A stretch of 64,000 nucleotides of DNA from Vulcanimicrobiota bacterium (GCA_963754565.1 CAVWGL010000009.1:281546-345545); one strand, 5' to 3'. Numbered from the stretch's first letter, positions 19,359-28,790 are shown. The notes: generated by a model not told the origin, from the letters alone. Translations and numbers: made by a program.

Positions 19359-20055
19359 GGTCTATTAAGCACCGCCCGGGCCGTTTGTGACACTGCTCCA
19401 GCTCCGCCAGCCCGAGGTCACCCGGCGGCTGCCAGAATGGAGCGGTGAGCTCGCCCCGCCGGCCCCGCAAGGAGGCAGACCGCGCCCCTCGGGCGCCGGC
19501 CGCAAATCCTTCTCCGAAAGGCGACATGCCGGCGGGCCGTGGCGACGGGCGCCCGGGTCGCCTCACGAAACAGGTTGTTTTTTTGATGCTTATCGGGTGG
19601 CTCGTGGTCGTGATATTGGTCGTGGTGCTTATTTCGGCTACGTGAAGCGGTCGCCTTCGCCGCTCGACGACTGGCCGCCGCGAGACGACGTCGGTCCCGG
19701 TGGTCGCAACCTCGCCGTCATTACGGGCCCGTCAGCGATGGCTCTCCTCGGCGTGCTTTCGGCGGTGATGGATCTCCATCATCAAGAAGTGCCCCGCACA
19801 AAAGGCCGGCCACGAAACCGGATGCGCCCCACTCCAGCCGCAAGTCGACACCGCGGCTGAACACGATGGCCAGAACTACGACGACTATGACGATGAGGAC
19901 GATGACATGGGGGCGGAAGCGGTCCATTACGCGGCTCCTTCCAGGATTCGTCCGTTCTACACCCTGGGTAGCTTCCCCGGCCATCATTGGGTACTGTCGG
20001 CGTAGGCCGGGTGTTCTTTCCTTCTCCACCCGTCGTGGCATAGTCGCCTGTTAGA

Positions 20056-20697
20056 GTGGCGGCCTCGTGGCCAAAATCACCATTGTGGGCGGTGGCCTGC
20101 TTGGGCCTCGGGACGGGGCTATTGCTGTTGCAGCGTGGCCACGAGGTCACCGTACTGGAGCGTGACGGTTATGCTGCCGGGAAGGACAACTTTGTCCCGG
20201 AGGGCAGTCCGGTTGCTACCGGGGTGGTGGCTGTAGGAGACGCCTGGGCGTGTTCAAACCCGACCCTAGGACGTGGCGCTTCGATCGGGATGATGCACGC
20301 CCTTGCGTTGCGCGATGTACTCGATAGCGAGGGCCTGGACGACCACTGGGCGTTCGTCAACGCTTTTTGGCAGGCCACGGCGGAGCGCGTCGAGCCGTGG
20401 TACCGCGACGCCTTGGCCACCGACCGCGACCGGACGGCGGAGGTTGATGCCGGGATAAATGGAATTGAGTACCGGCCCAGCTCGCGCTTCGAGACCTGGC
20501 GGGCTTTGGCCGCGGCCGGCTCAGACCCGGGTTGCCTTCGTGGTCTTTTGGCCGTCAGCTGCGTGCTCGAGCGACGGGACGAGGTCCTAAGCCGGCCTGG
20601 CCTTCTGGACAAGGCCCTCGCCTATGGCGGCAATTGGCGGGACCGGCCACCAGCCGGCCCGACCAGGGACCAGCTGCTTTCGATCGTCGCCGGTTAG
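20056..20697 (+). pseudogene. FAD-dependent oxidoreductase remnant (frameshifted Rossmann motif plus a large internal deletion)
   Basis: The dinucleotide-binding motif is split between frames (VAKITIVGGGLLG | LGTGLLLLQRGHEVTVLERD). The sequence then jumps directly to the C-terminal ...VAVGDAWACSNPTLGRGASIGMMHALAL... region. About 200 aa of a typical enzyme are missing. Confidence 0.55.
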
Positions 20698-20738
20698 GTT
20701 GGGGCGAGCGCGTCCGGGCCGATGGACGAGGAGGCGGG

Positions 20739-21547
20739 ATGCGAGTAGACGTGGCCGGCGTCGGCATCGAGTACGAGGTCACGGGACGGGGCCGCCCCGT
20801 TGTTTTGTTGCACGGTTTCCCGGACACCGGGCGGCTCTGGCGTCACCAGGTGCCGGCGCTGGCCGAGGCCGGGTTCCGGGTGGTCGTGCCCGACCTTCGG
20901 GGCTATGGCCGTTCGGACAAGCCGGCCTCCGTGGACGCATATTCGTTCCTCATGCTGGTCGGGGACGTGGTGGCCGTTTTGGACGACGCCGGTATCGACA
21001 AAACGCATGTCGTTGGCCACGACTGGGGGGCGGCGCTGGCTTGGGTGCTGGCTTCAATGGCCCCCGAGCGGGTCGACCACCTGGTGGTGTTGTCGGTCGG
21101 CCACCCGGCGACCTTCCGGTCCAGCTTCCAGCAACTGGAAAAGTCGTGGTATATGTTGTTGTTCCAGTTCCCCGAGATTGCCGAGCAGTGGCTGGCCGGC
21201 AACAACTGGGCCAACTTTCGCGCCTGGGCCACCATCCCGACGCCGAAACCGTCATCAACGAACTCGAGGCGAACGGTTCGCTCACGCCCGGCCTCAACTA
21301 TTACCGGGCCAATGTCCCCCCGAGGTCGTGGTTGGGGCCGCCCGTACAGCTGCCTGCTGTGCAGGCACCCACGATGGGGATCTGGAGTACGGGTGACATC
21401 GCGCTGACCGAGCGGCAAATGACTGACTCGGCCAGGAGCGTGGCCGGGCCTTGGCGGTACGAGCGGATCGAGGGCGCTGGGCACTGGGTGCAGCTCGACG
21501 ACCCGGGCGCGGTCAACCGGCTGCTCCTGGACTTCTTGCCGACCTAA
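20739..21547 (+). pseudogene. alpha/beta hydrolase (epoxide-hydrolase-like), one frameshift
   Basis: The ATG at 20739 follows GGAGG. Pattern: VVLLHGFPDTGRLWRHQ...PDLRGYGRSDKP...VVGHDWGAALAW. The C-terminal third (...HHPDAETVINELEANGSLT...GAGHWVQLDDP) lies in another frame, switching near 21225. Confidence 0.8.
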
Positions 21548-21670
21548 TACCTTTTCAGCCGGGCGGGCACAGCGGCAACAACGCTAACTTTCCTCGACTA
21601 GATCCTCAGGTGTCCATCGCGCGCTCACCGGTTCGTCGTGGGTACAACCACTGCGACAAGGAGGGCAAAT

Positions 21671-22012
21671 ATGAAATACCTGATGCTGATCTGTGTCGAT
21701 GAGTCCAAGCGCCCCACTCCCGAGGAATCGAGGCGTCATCGAGACGATACGTATGCCTGGGCGACCGAGATGGACGGCCGAGGGGCTCGCCTGCAAGGCA
21801 ATGCCCTCAAACCCGTCCGTGACGGGAAGACTGTGCGCGTCCGGGACGGTGAAGTCTTAATCGCCGACGGCCCCTTTGCCGAGACAAAGGAGCAAATCGC
21901 CGGCTTCGACATCCTCGAGTGCGCCGATCTTGACGAGGCCGTCGAAGTGGCCTCGAAGCACCCCATGGCCGGATTTGGATCGATCGAGGTGCGACAGTTT
22001 TATGAGCCCTGA
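21671..22012 (+). CDS. YCII-related (DGPF-type) domain protein
   Basis: AAGGAGGG precedes the ATG at 21671. Pattern: MKYLMLIC...DGPFAETKEQIAGFDILECADLDEAVEVASKHP. Confidence 0.85.
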   Translation: MKYLMLICVDESKRPTPEESRRHRDDTYAWATEMDGRGARLQGNALKPVRDGKTVRVRDGEVLIADGPFAETKEQIAGFDILECADLDEAVEVASKHPMAGFGSIEVRQFYEP

Positions 22013-22289
22013 GGGGCTGGTAAGCCGCTACTTCAACCCATTTTGGCGTTGGCTGGTACCAGTTCGCCGTCGCCATGCGCCGCCTCAACCTTCTCCAGGT
22101 CGCTGAGCGCCACTACTAGGCCCGCCCGTCGCGGGTCAGCTCAGCCATTGTGGGCCCGCTCCGTCTAATGTTCTCACAAATAGGAATGTTAGCCCGGTCG
22201 CAGGCGACGCCTGGGCGGCGCTGTCGGGGACACCAGGGTGCGCGCCTTTTCTCTTTACATGGCTCATGGACCGCATCTGTAGAAGCGCT

Positions 22290-22337
22290 TGACAAGACTT
22301 CTTGTCACGCGTAGTCTTGTGACAAGAAGTCTTGTCA
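22290..22337. promoter_or_regulatory. array of TGACAAGA/TCTTGTCA half-sites (two 18-bp palindromes plus an overlapping third)
   Basis: TGACAAGA-CT-TCTTGTCA at 22290..22307 and TGACAAGA-AG-TCTTGTCA at 22320..22337. TCTTGT-G-ACAAGA bridges them. The array is 36 nt upstream of GTG 22373. Confidence 0.5.
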
Positions 22338-22372
22338 TAGAGGACGCCTAAAGATGCGATGGAGGAGCCACC

Positions 22373-22723
22373 GTGTACTCTCTCAATCCGACGATGACGG
22401 AAATGCTCACCAAACAGAGGGTGAGCGAGCTCGGTAGCCAAACCGCACTGTCCCGGCCACGCGGGCTGGCGGAGGGGGAACGGGTGGAGAGGGAGAGGCT
22501 GTACAGGCTACGCTCCGTTCGGAAAGCGACCGGCTGGGCCTTGGTCGAGCTCGGGTTGCGCCTGGCGGTCCCACATCGCAGCGCTGTCCCCGGCGCCCAC
22601 GCTCTCCCTGGTGCCAACGCTGTCCATGGTCGGAATACGGTCCCGGGCCGGGTTACTGTACGAAGCGGGGCCGCTGTCGCCGACGGCAGAGTAGGCCGGG
22701 TCAGGCAACCTTCAGGGTGGTGA
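22373..22723 (+). CDS. hypothetical protein (116 aa)
   Basis: GGAGGAG lies 5 nt upstream of GTG 22373. The stop abuts the start of the downstream regulator gene. The N-terminal half is protein-like (MLTKQRVSELGSQTA...GWALVELGLRLA); the C-terminal half is low-complexity. Confidence 0.35.
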   Translation: MYSLNPTMTEMLTKQRVSELGSQTALSRPRGLAEGERVERERLYRLRSVRKATGWALVELGLRLAVPHRSAVPGAHALPGANAVHGRNTVPGRVTVRSGAAVADGRVGRVRQPSGW

Positions 22724-22724
22724 T

Positions 22725-23366
22725 GTGACCATAAACCAGGAGAAGCCGGAGGCGAGGGCCGGTGGCGCGGCGGCTCCGCGCCACGGCCCGACTGAACGGC
22801 GGGACATCTCGGACCCGCGGGCGATGCGCGCCCTCGCTCACCCGATGCGCATTGCTCTGCTCGAAGCCATCATGCGGGAGGGTTCGCTGACAGCTACGCG
22901 CGCCGCTGAACTGCTTGACGACAGCCCTGGGAACATGTCATGGCACCTGCAGACCCTGGCCAAATACGGCTTCATCGAAGAAGCCGAGGGCGGGCGGGGC
23001 CGGAGCCGCCCATGGCGCATCGTGGATGTGACGTACAGCTTCGAATCCGCCACGGGCGACCCCGAATACGCCGCCGCGGCCGAGGCACTAGAGGCGACCC
23101 TGCACCAGAACATTGACCAGCACCTGCGGGCTTGGTGGTCCCAGCGCCGTTCGTACTCCGAGGAGTGGCGCCGGGCCGCTTTCTCGATTTTCACGACCAC
23201 GTACCTCACGGTCGATGAGATGCAACGTCTCAGCGACGATATAAATGAACTTGTCAAACCCTATAGCGGCCGTTCGGCTGACAAATCTCAGCGACCGAAG
23301 GAATCTGAACCAGTGCAGGTCGTCGCCCTGGGGCATCCTCTCCCGCCGATGCCGTCAGGCAACTAA
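22725..23366 (+). CDS. ArsR-like winged-helix transcriptional regulator (long form)
   Basis: RAMRALAHPMRIALLEAIMREGSLTATRAAELLDDSPGNMSWHLQTLAKYGFIEEAE is an HTH_20/ArsR-type motif, followed by a C-terminal extension. Confidence 0.75.
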   Translation: MTINQEKPEARAGGAAAPRHGPTERRDISDPRAMRALAHPMRIALLEAIMREGSLTATRAAELLDDSPGNMSWHLQTLAKYGFIEEAEGGRGRSRPWRIVDVTYSFESATGDPEYAAAAEALEATLHQNIDQHLRAWWSQRRSYSEEWRRAAFSIFTTTYLTVDEMQRLSDDINELVKPYSGRSADKSQRPKESEPVQVVALGHPLPPMPSGN

Positions 23367-23522
23367 CCGAAAGACGGGCGTGCCCGTGGGCTCGGCCGGC
23401 ACCTGCGCCCGGCCGGCACGTGGCCGCGCTGGGCACGGTGCCCTCATGAGTTTGATTTCTTGTAGGACTGCGTTAGCCCAGTAGTCGCGTTGAGTTAATA
23501 ACCAGCCGCGAGGCTGCGGGCC

Positions 23523-25241
23523 ATGACGCCAGAACCACGGGCTATTACGCCAGAACCAAAGGCCTTCTCCCGCCGGCAATTGCTGAAGGGTGCCGGTGCC
23601 GGAGGCATCGCCGCCGCCCTGGTCCCCGTTTTACGCCAAAGCCATGGGCCCTGGACCGCTTGGCCAGTTTCGAACCCGCCACTTCCACCAGCCCTGATGG
23701 CACTCCAGAGCAGGTCCATTTGACCTGGGGGGAAGACCCGACCGCCTCGGTGGTCGTTTCTTGGGCGTCGCCCGGACCGGCGACGGGGGCACGCGTCTTG
23801 CTGAACGCCGGCAAAGGTCGCACCAGGGCCGTCCCGGCCGTCCAGCGGACTTACACAGACGGGATAAATGGCGAAACCGTTTTTACTTACCACGCATTTG
23901 TAGCTGGCCTCGAGCCCGGTTCGCAGCATAGTTATGTCGTCACCGCCGAAAACGACGCCAACGCCGGGGCGCCATTTAGCGGGTCATTTCAGACGGCGCC
24001 TCGAGGTCGTGCGCCGTTCCGCTTCACAAGTTTTGGCGACCTGGCCACGCCCAACACTGAATGGGTGCTTTCGTACGGCCAGAGCACCTACGCCGTCGAT
24101 GCCGTCGAGTCGTTCCAGCCCTTGTTCCACCTGCTCAATGGCGACCTGTGCTATGCCAATTTAAACCCCGATTAGCCAACCCGAGGTTTGGCGCGATTTT
24201 GGCAACAATAACCAGCGCTCTGCCGCAAACAGGCCCTGGATGCCCTGTACGGGCAACCACGAGATCGAGTTCAACAACGGGGCGCAAGGGCTTACGTCCT
24301 ACCTGACTCGCTATATGTTGCCCTATAACGGGTCGGGAGCTTTCTACGGGCACTGGTACACGTTCAGAGTGGGGAACGTGTTATTTGTTTCCCTGGACGC
24401 CGACGACGTCATTTACCAGGACGGCGCCGCGTTCGTGGCCGGGCCGTCGGCACTGGTGCCCGCCTCGGCTACCGGCAACCCGCCTATACAGCCCGGCACC
24501 TCTTTCTACGTCCGGGGTTACAGCGGAGGGCTTGCAGACGGCGTGGCTCAGCGCGTGCTGTCGACGGCTCGCAACGACGAAACGATCGACTGGATAGTCG
24601 TCCAGATGCACCAGGATGCCTTGAGCTCGTCAATTACCGGGAACGGCTCGGACCTCGGTATCAGGGAAGCGTGGTTGCCACTGTTCGACCAGTACGGGGT
24701 CGACCTCGTCGTTTGCGGGCACGACCATGACTATGAGCGTTCGTTCCCGGTCCGCGGCTACGACAGCAATGTGGGTGTCGAAGCGGCCACCGGCCAGCCA
24801 GTCGACACGCGCCGTCCCCACCCCGTAACGACCACCGATACCGGCACCTTCGACACCAGTCAGGGCACCGTCTTCCTGGTATTGGGGGGTGGCGGGACCA
24901 ACGCCAACCTGGACGACTACGGTCTCGACCAGGCTGACGGGCTCCCGCAGGCCAAGGTCTTTACGCAACCAAACCGGCCCGTTGAGACCTCGACGCCCGG
25001 AGTGTGGCACGGGCCGCAGCCGACGCCCGCGAGGACGCCATCTGGTCTGCAAAGCGGGACCCGAGGCACCGGGTACGGTATCGGCGTGTTCGACCTGGAC
25101 CCCGGTTCGGTCCGGGGCGGAGAGACGTCGATCTCGGTCAGTTATTACCATGCGCCCGGAGCCGACCCGACCAACCCCAACACGGGCGCCACAGGCACCC
25201 GAACCCCAATTACTCCCAGTTCGAGCAGTTCACCCTGGTGA
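23523..25241 (+). pseudogene. purple-acid-phosphatase-like metallophosphoesterase with a Tat-type signal, 2 frame breaks
   Basis: SRRQLLKGAGAGGIAAA is a twin-arginine-like signal (frame of 23523). The N-terminal PAP domain plus GDLCYANLNP is in the frame of 23660. GNHE...GHDHDYER is in the frame of 24240. The second break lies at the run AAACCCC near 24165. Confidence 0.75.
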
Positions 25242-25344
25242 GGCCTCGCTCAGATCGAGGACGGGGCCGGCGCCCGTAGGGCCGGCCTCCGCTTCGGAGA
25301 TCACGGCCGAACGGGTCTCGGCGAGGAAGGGCCCGTTCGGCGGT

Positions 25345-28023
25345 TCACCCGCTGCGGGGCAACTGCTGGCGCTTGCTGAGGTTGCCGGCTGCTCGCTCCC
25401 CGAGCCTGGGCACCCTGAACGTGTTGTCCAAGGCGGACGATGCCGCTAATAGCCACGCTTCGCACTGAGGCGCCGGCAACGGACGGGCCAGGAAGAAACC
25501 CTGCACGGCGTGGCAGCCGAGGCTCTCGAGCCGTTGCAGCGTGGCCTGGTCTTCCACGCCCTCGGCCGTGACCGTACGCCCGAGGTTCCGGGCTAGCTCT
25601 ATGGTCGAGCGCACAATAGCTTCATCGCCCTTGTCTCGGATCATTTCCTTGACAAATGACCGGTCGATTTTCAGCTCGTGGAACGGCAAATGCTTCAAGC
25701 GGCTGAGGGACGAGAAGCCTGTGCCGTAATCGTCAATCGAGAGGTTGACCCCCAGCTCGCGCAACCCGTGCAGCACTCGTTCCGAAGTCTGGGGGTCCGC
25801 CATAGCCGACGATTCGGTCAGCTCGAGCGTCAGGGCGCTCGGTTCCAGCCCAATTTGCTTCAACACGCCGCCGAGACGCATCGATATGTCCATGCTCATG
25901 AGGCTGCGAGCCGATAGGTTCACGGCCACGTTCAAGTCGGGGATTATCTGACGCCAGACCTTGGCCTGGCCCAAGGCCGTCTCTATGACCCACCATGTGA
26001 GCTGGTCGATCAGGCCCGCGCTCTCGGCCACCGGGATGAACTCGGTGGGCGAGATAGGGCCGAACTGGTCGTGGCTCCAGCGCAAAAGAGCCTCGCAGCT
26101 GACTACAGCCCCCGTATCAAGCTGCACTACGGGCTGGTACCAGACATCGAGGTCCGCCTGCTCGATTGCCTGGCGCAGTTCGGTGGCCAGTCGGAGCCGG
26201 CGAAGGGTCGAACGGTCCTCGACGCGGTCGTAGAACCGGACCCCACCTCCCGACCCTTTGGCCGCGTACATGGCTATGTCGGCGTGGCGCAGCAGCCCCG
26301 TGGCGTCATGGCTGTTGGGCAGGGAAACGGCCACTCCCAGGCTGGCCCGCACGTCGAGCAGCAGGCCCTCGACTCCGAGGGGCTGGCAGATGGTGGCCAC
26401 AATCTGTTCCGCTTTATCGAAAATGGCCTCGTCCTCGAGGGTGCCGACGTGCAACACGGCAAACTCGTCCCCGCCCAAACGAGCCACCAGGTTGCCGTCC
26501 TGGTCGAGCGGCCCCAGGCGCTGGGCGACCTCTCGCAAAATGGCGTCGCCGGTGTGGTGGCCGAGGGTGTCGTTGACCTCCTTGAAGCCGTCCAGGTCGA
26601 TGAGCATGACGGTGACGCGGCTATCGGGCGGTGCCCCCTCAGTGGCCTCTTCGAGGCGCTCGGCGAACAGAGCACGGTTGGGTAGCCCGGTGAGAGCATC
26701 GTGCTGCGCTTGGTGCTGGCGGACCGAGGCCTCGCGGCGGAGTTGCTCGAGCAACTTGCTGCTTCGTAGCGCCACGCCCACGTTAGCGGCCAGAGCCTCG
26801 AAAAAACGAAGGTCGGTGCGTTTAAACCCCTCGTGCTTGAAGGCCCTGTCGGCAACGAGCAGGTAACCGGCACTCGAGTCATCGCGCTGGAGCGGTGCGA
26901 CCAGCACCTCTTTCAGCCCACCCTGGGCGATCGCTGCCGCCAGGGCTTCGTCGTCCTTCGAGCTGTCACTGGCGAGCAAGGCCCCGCGCTCGCGCACAAT
27001 ATTGTCGAGGGTAGAAAAAGGTGACCTATCGTCCAGGTGCGGCGGCCCCTCACCGCTCAATGCACAACGCAGAGCGAAGCCCAGCGAGGGTTCGTCGAGC
27101 GGTATGACCAGTTCAGCATGACCAGCCGAAAGAAGGCTGCGCGCCTCCTCGAGCACGGTCCCCATGACGTCTTGGGCTTCGACTAGTGACCCGAGCCGCC
27201 GAGTGAACTCGTAGAGCTTTTCCAGGTTGGCGTAACGCTGGCCCGAAAGGATCGTCCCTCGATAGGCGAAGTTGGCTGCGGCGGCAATCGCAATGAACAG
27301 CACGACGCCCCAGATGTTGACCCAGATCAGCGAGATAGCGACCAAAGCGCCGGCAGTGCATACGACGACATGAAGTGCCCCTTGCAGTGCGATGCCCCGC
27401 ATGGGCGGGCGCCGCCAGTTCGGGTTGACCACCGCGAGTGACACGAGCAAAAGTACGAGGTCGACCAGGTTGATCGTGGTTACGGCGCCCATGGTCACTA
27501 CCCAGCCCCGTGCGCTAATAGGGGTCGATGTCCCGATGGCCCAGTCGTAGAACAGGACCCCGATTGCCGCGCTGGCCGTGTAGACCAGCCAGTTAGTGAG
27601 TGCCTTTGTGGGCTGCCGTCGACGCTGGGCGTTGGCCGCGATTTGCCCAAACGAGATTGCGCTCAGCAGCAGCCACGGCGACAGGAAAACGATCCCCACC
27701 AGCGCTGGTATCTCGGTCAGCTGGATGGAAAGGCTCGACTGCCGGTTGCGGACGGCGACCGGTTGGGCGCATGCAGCCCAGATCCCCAATGCCACGAACA
27801 GCCATAAGGCGGGGCGGTTGCCGCCAGCAGGCTTGAGGTCAGATAGTCGGGTGAAATAGAGGACGGCGGTCCCACCTGCCAGGACCGCCGCCAAGAGAAG
27901 GGCGCGCCCTACGGCGACTTGTCCTTTGCGTACGTCGGGGATTGGTTGAGTGTTCGCTGGCTTGTCCAAAGACCGGGCTCCGAAGACTCGCGTCAGGTCA
28001 CCCCGGATCTCGACCGGTGGCAT
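25345..28023 (-). CDS. membrane-anchored GAF-GGDEF-EAL signalling protein (c-di-GMP turnover)
   Basis: Intact 892-aa ORF with an N-terminal multi-TM region, a GAF-like segment, RLGGDEFAVL (GGDEF), and CEALLRW...DDYGTG...KIDRSF (EAL). Confidence 0.9.
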   Translation of the reverse strand: MPPVEIRGDLTRVFGARSLDKPANTQPIPDVRKGQVAVGRALLLAAVLAGGTAVLYFTRLSDLKPAGGNRPALWLFVALGIWAACAQPVAVRNRQSSLSIQLTEIPALVGIVFLSPWLLLSAISFGQIAANAQRRRQPTKALTNWLVYTASAAIGVLFYDWAIGTSTPISARGWVVTMGAVTTINLVDLVLLLVSLAVVNPNWRRPPMRGIALQGALHVVVCTAGALVAISLIWVNIWGVVLFIAIAAAANFAYRGTILSGQRYANLEKLYEFTRRLGSLVEAQDVMGTVLEEARSLLSAGHAELVIPLDEPSLGFALRCALSGEGPPHLDDRSPFSTLDNIVRERGALLASDSSKDDEALAAAIAQGGLKEVLVAPLQRDDSSAGYLLVADRAFKHEGFKRTDLRFFEALAANVGVALRSSKLLEQLRREASVRQHQAQHDALTGLPNRALFAERLEEATEGAPPDSRVTVMLIDLDGFKEVNDTLGHHTGDAILREVAQRLGPLDQDGNLVARLGGDEFAVLHVGTLEDEAIFDKAEQIVATICQPLGVEGLLLDVRASLGVAVSLPNSHDATGLLRHADIAMYAAKGSGGGVRFYDRVEDRSTLRRLRLATELRQAIEQADLDVWYQPVVQLDTGAVVSCEALLRWSHDQFGPISPTEFIPVAESAGLIDQLTWWVIETALGQAKVWRQIIPDLNVAVNLSARSLMSMDISMRLGGVLKQIGLEPSALTLELTESSAMADPQTSERVLHGLRELGVNLSIDDYGTGFSSLSRLKHLPFHELKIDRSFVKEMIRDKGDEAIVRSTIELARNLGRTVTAEGVEDQATLQRLESLGCHAVQGFFLARPLPAPQCEAWLLAASSALDNTFRVPRLGERAAGNLSKRQQLPRSG

Positions 28024-28370
28024 TCAAACTGTAGATGTTCCGACCGGCGCGTGTACCTCGCCAGTCGGACGTGGGCATGCCACATCAGCAGCGTGGTCGC
28101 CATCGTACCTGTGAAAAGTTTCTCTAGACAGGGATCCGAATATCAGGAAGAATCGGAAGGTGGCCAATGTGGGGCCTGGCGCAAGGGCCACCTGGCCTGC
28201 GGTTATTCTCTTAGGGGTGCCCCATCTACTTCTACCGTGCTTTTTTGCCGGCTGGCACCTAAACGGTGTTGGGAGGGCTTCGCCGAGTAGGTCTTCGGGC
28301 TGAAGGGTCGAATGCGGGCCCGACATGAGGGGACTCAAGTCAATGTCGAAAAACACGAAGGAGGAGAGAA

Positions 28371-28394
28371 ATGCGCAGCTTCGCGGTCGATTGA
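28371..28394 (+). CDS. mini-ORF copy 1, MRSFAVD
   Basis: ATGCGCAGCTTCGCGGTCGATTGA, with GAAGGAGGAGAGAA immediately upstream. Confidence 0.4.
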   Translation: MRSFAVD

Positions 28395-28439
28395 AGCCAG
28401 ACGTCACCGGACCGGACAAGAGCAAGAAGGAGGAGAGAT

Positions 28440-28463
28440 ATGCGTAGCTTCGCCGTTGATTGA
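28440..28463 (+). CDS. mini-ORF copy 2, MRSFAVD
   Basis: ATGCGTAGCTTCGCCGTTGATTGA, with GAAGGAGGAGAGAT upstream. It differs from copy 1 only at three synonymous third positions. Confidence 0.4.
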   Translation: MRSFAVD

Positions 28464-28508
28464 AGCCAGCCGTCACTGGACCGGACAAGAGCAAGAAGGA
28501 GGAGAGAT

Positions 28509-28532
28509 ATGCGCAGCTTCGCCGTTGATTGA
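28509..28532 (+). CDS. mini-ORF copy 3, MRSFAVD
   Basis: ATGCGCAGCTTCGCCGTTGATTGA, with GAAGGAGGAGAGAT upstream. Confidence 0.4.
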   Translation: MRSFAVD

Positions 28533-28582
28533 ACCGTCAAGACCAGACGAAATAACGGAAGAAAGGTGAAGGAGGGAGAGAC

Positions 28583-28606
28583 ATGCGCAGCTTCGCCGTT
28601 GATTGA
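28583..28606 (+). CDS. mini-ORF copy 4, MRSFAVD
   Basis: ATGCGCAGCTTCGCCGTTGATTGA, with GAAGGAGGGAGAGAC upstream. Confidence 0.4.
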   Translation: MRSFAVD

Positions 28607-28790
28607 TCAACGCCGCTTAAGACCAGGACTTGAGTTGTTCCGACGCGGCTCGGGCTCAGACACCGAAGCGCCACTTGAGCGCGGTGCGAGCCTGGTCTCC
28701 TTGTCGTGTGAGGCTCTGGTACCCTCGGGTCGGCCCCCGGCGCCCTTTTGTGTAGGGGCCAGGTTCGGGCGTCCAGTGTTTTGGGAGGTA

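Larger units (their letters stand above)
28357..28606 (+). repeat. four tandem units of Shine-Dalgarno + 7-codon mini-ORF (period 69/69/74 nt)
   Basis: Read directly from the sequence. GAAGGAGG(A/G)GAGA precedes ATG CGN AGC TTC GCN GTN GAT TGA four times. Confidence 0.9.

Noticed and set aside
19445-19928. Two small convergent ORFs with very hydrophobic tails (19445..19645 + and 19721..19928 -), considered as membrane peptides or type I toxin-like genes
   Set aside because: No RBS or promoter evidence was found. The N-terminal halves are Arg/Pro/Gly-rich shadow-like sequence. No antisense RNA signature was identified.
22013-22290. Possible remnant of the ECF sigma factor that often follows YCII/DGPF genes (...YFNPFWRWLVPVRRRH... 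in the plus frame)
   Set aside because: The resemblance is limited to a few residues and no sigma region 2 or 4 motifs were found. The evidence is insufficient.
28312-28569. Track ORFs 28312..28569 (+, 85 aa) and 28340..28540 (-, 66 aa), which have internally repetitive protein sequences
   Set aside because: They simply read through the 69-nt tandem units in other frames or on the other strand. They have no RBS and a repetitive, low-plausibility sequence. The SD + 7-codon mini-ORF reading explains the conservation pattern better.
28357-28606. Possible CRISPR array (regularly spaced repeats)
   Set aside because: The whole 69-nt unit repeats, so there are no unique spacers. There are only four copies and no cas genes in the window. 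It is a tandem duplication and not a repeat-spacer array. The same reasoning rules out the 18-bp array at 45991 and the 16-bp array at 50250.
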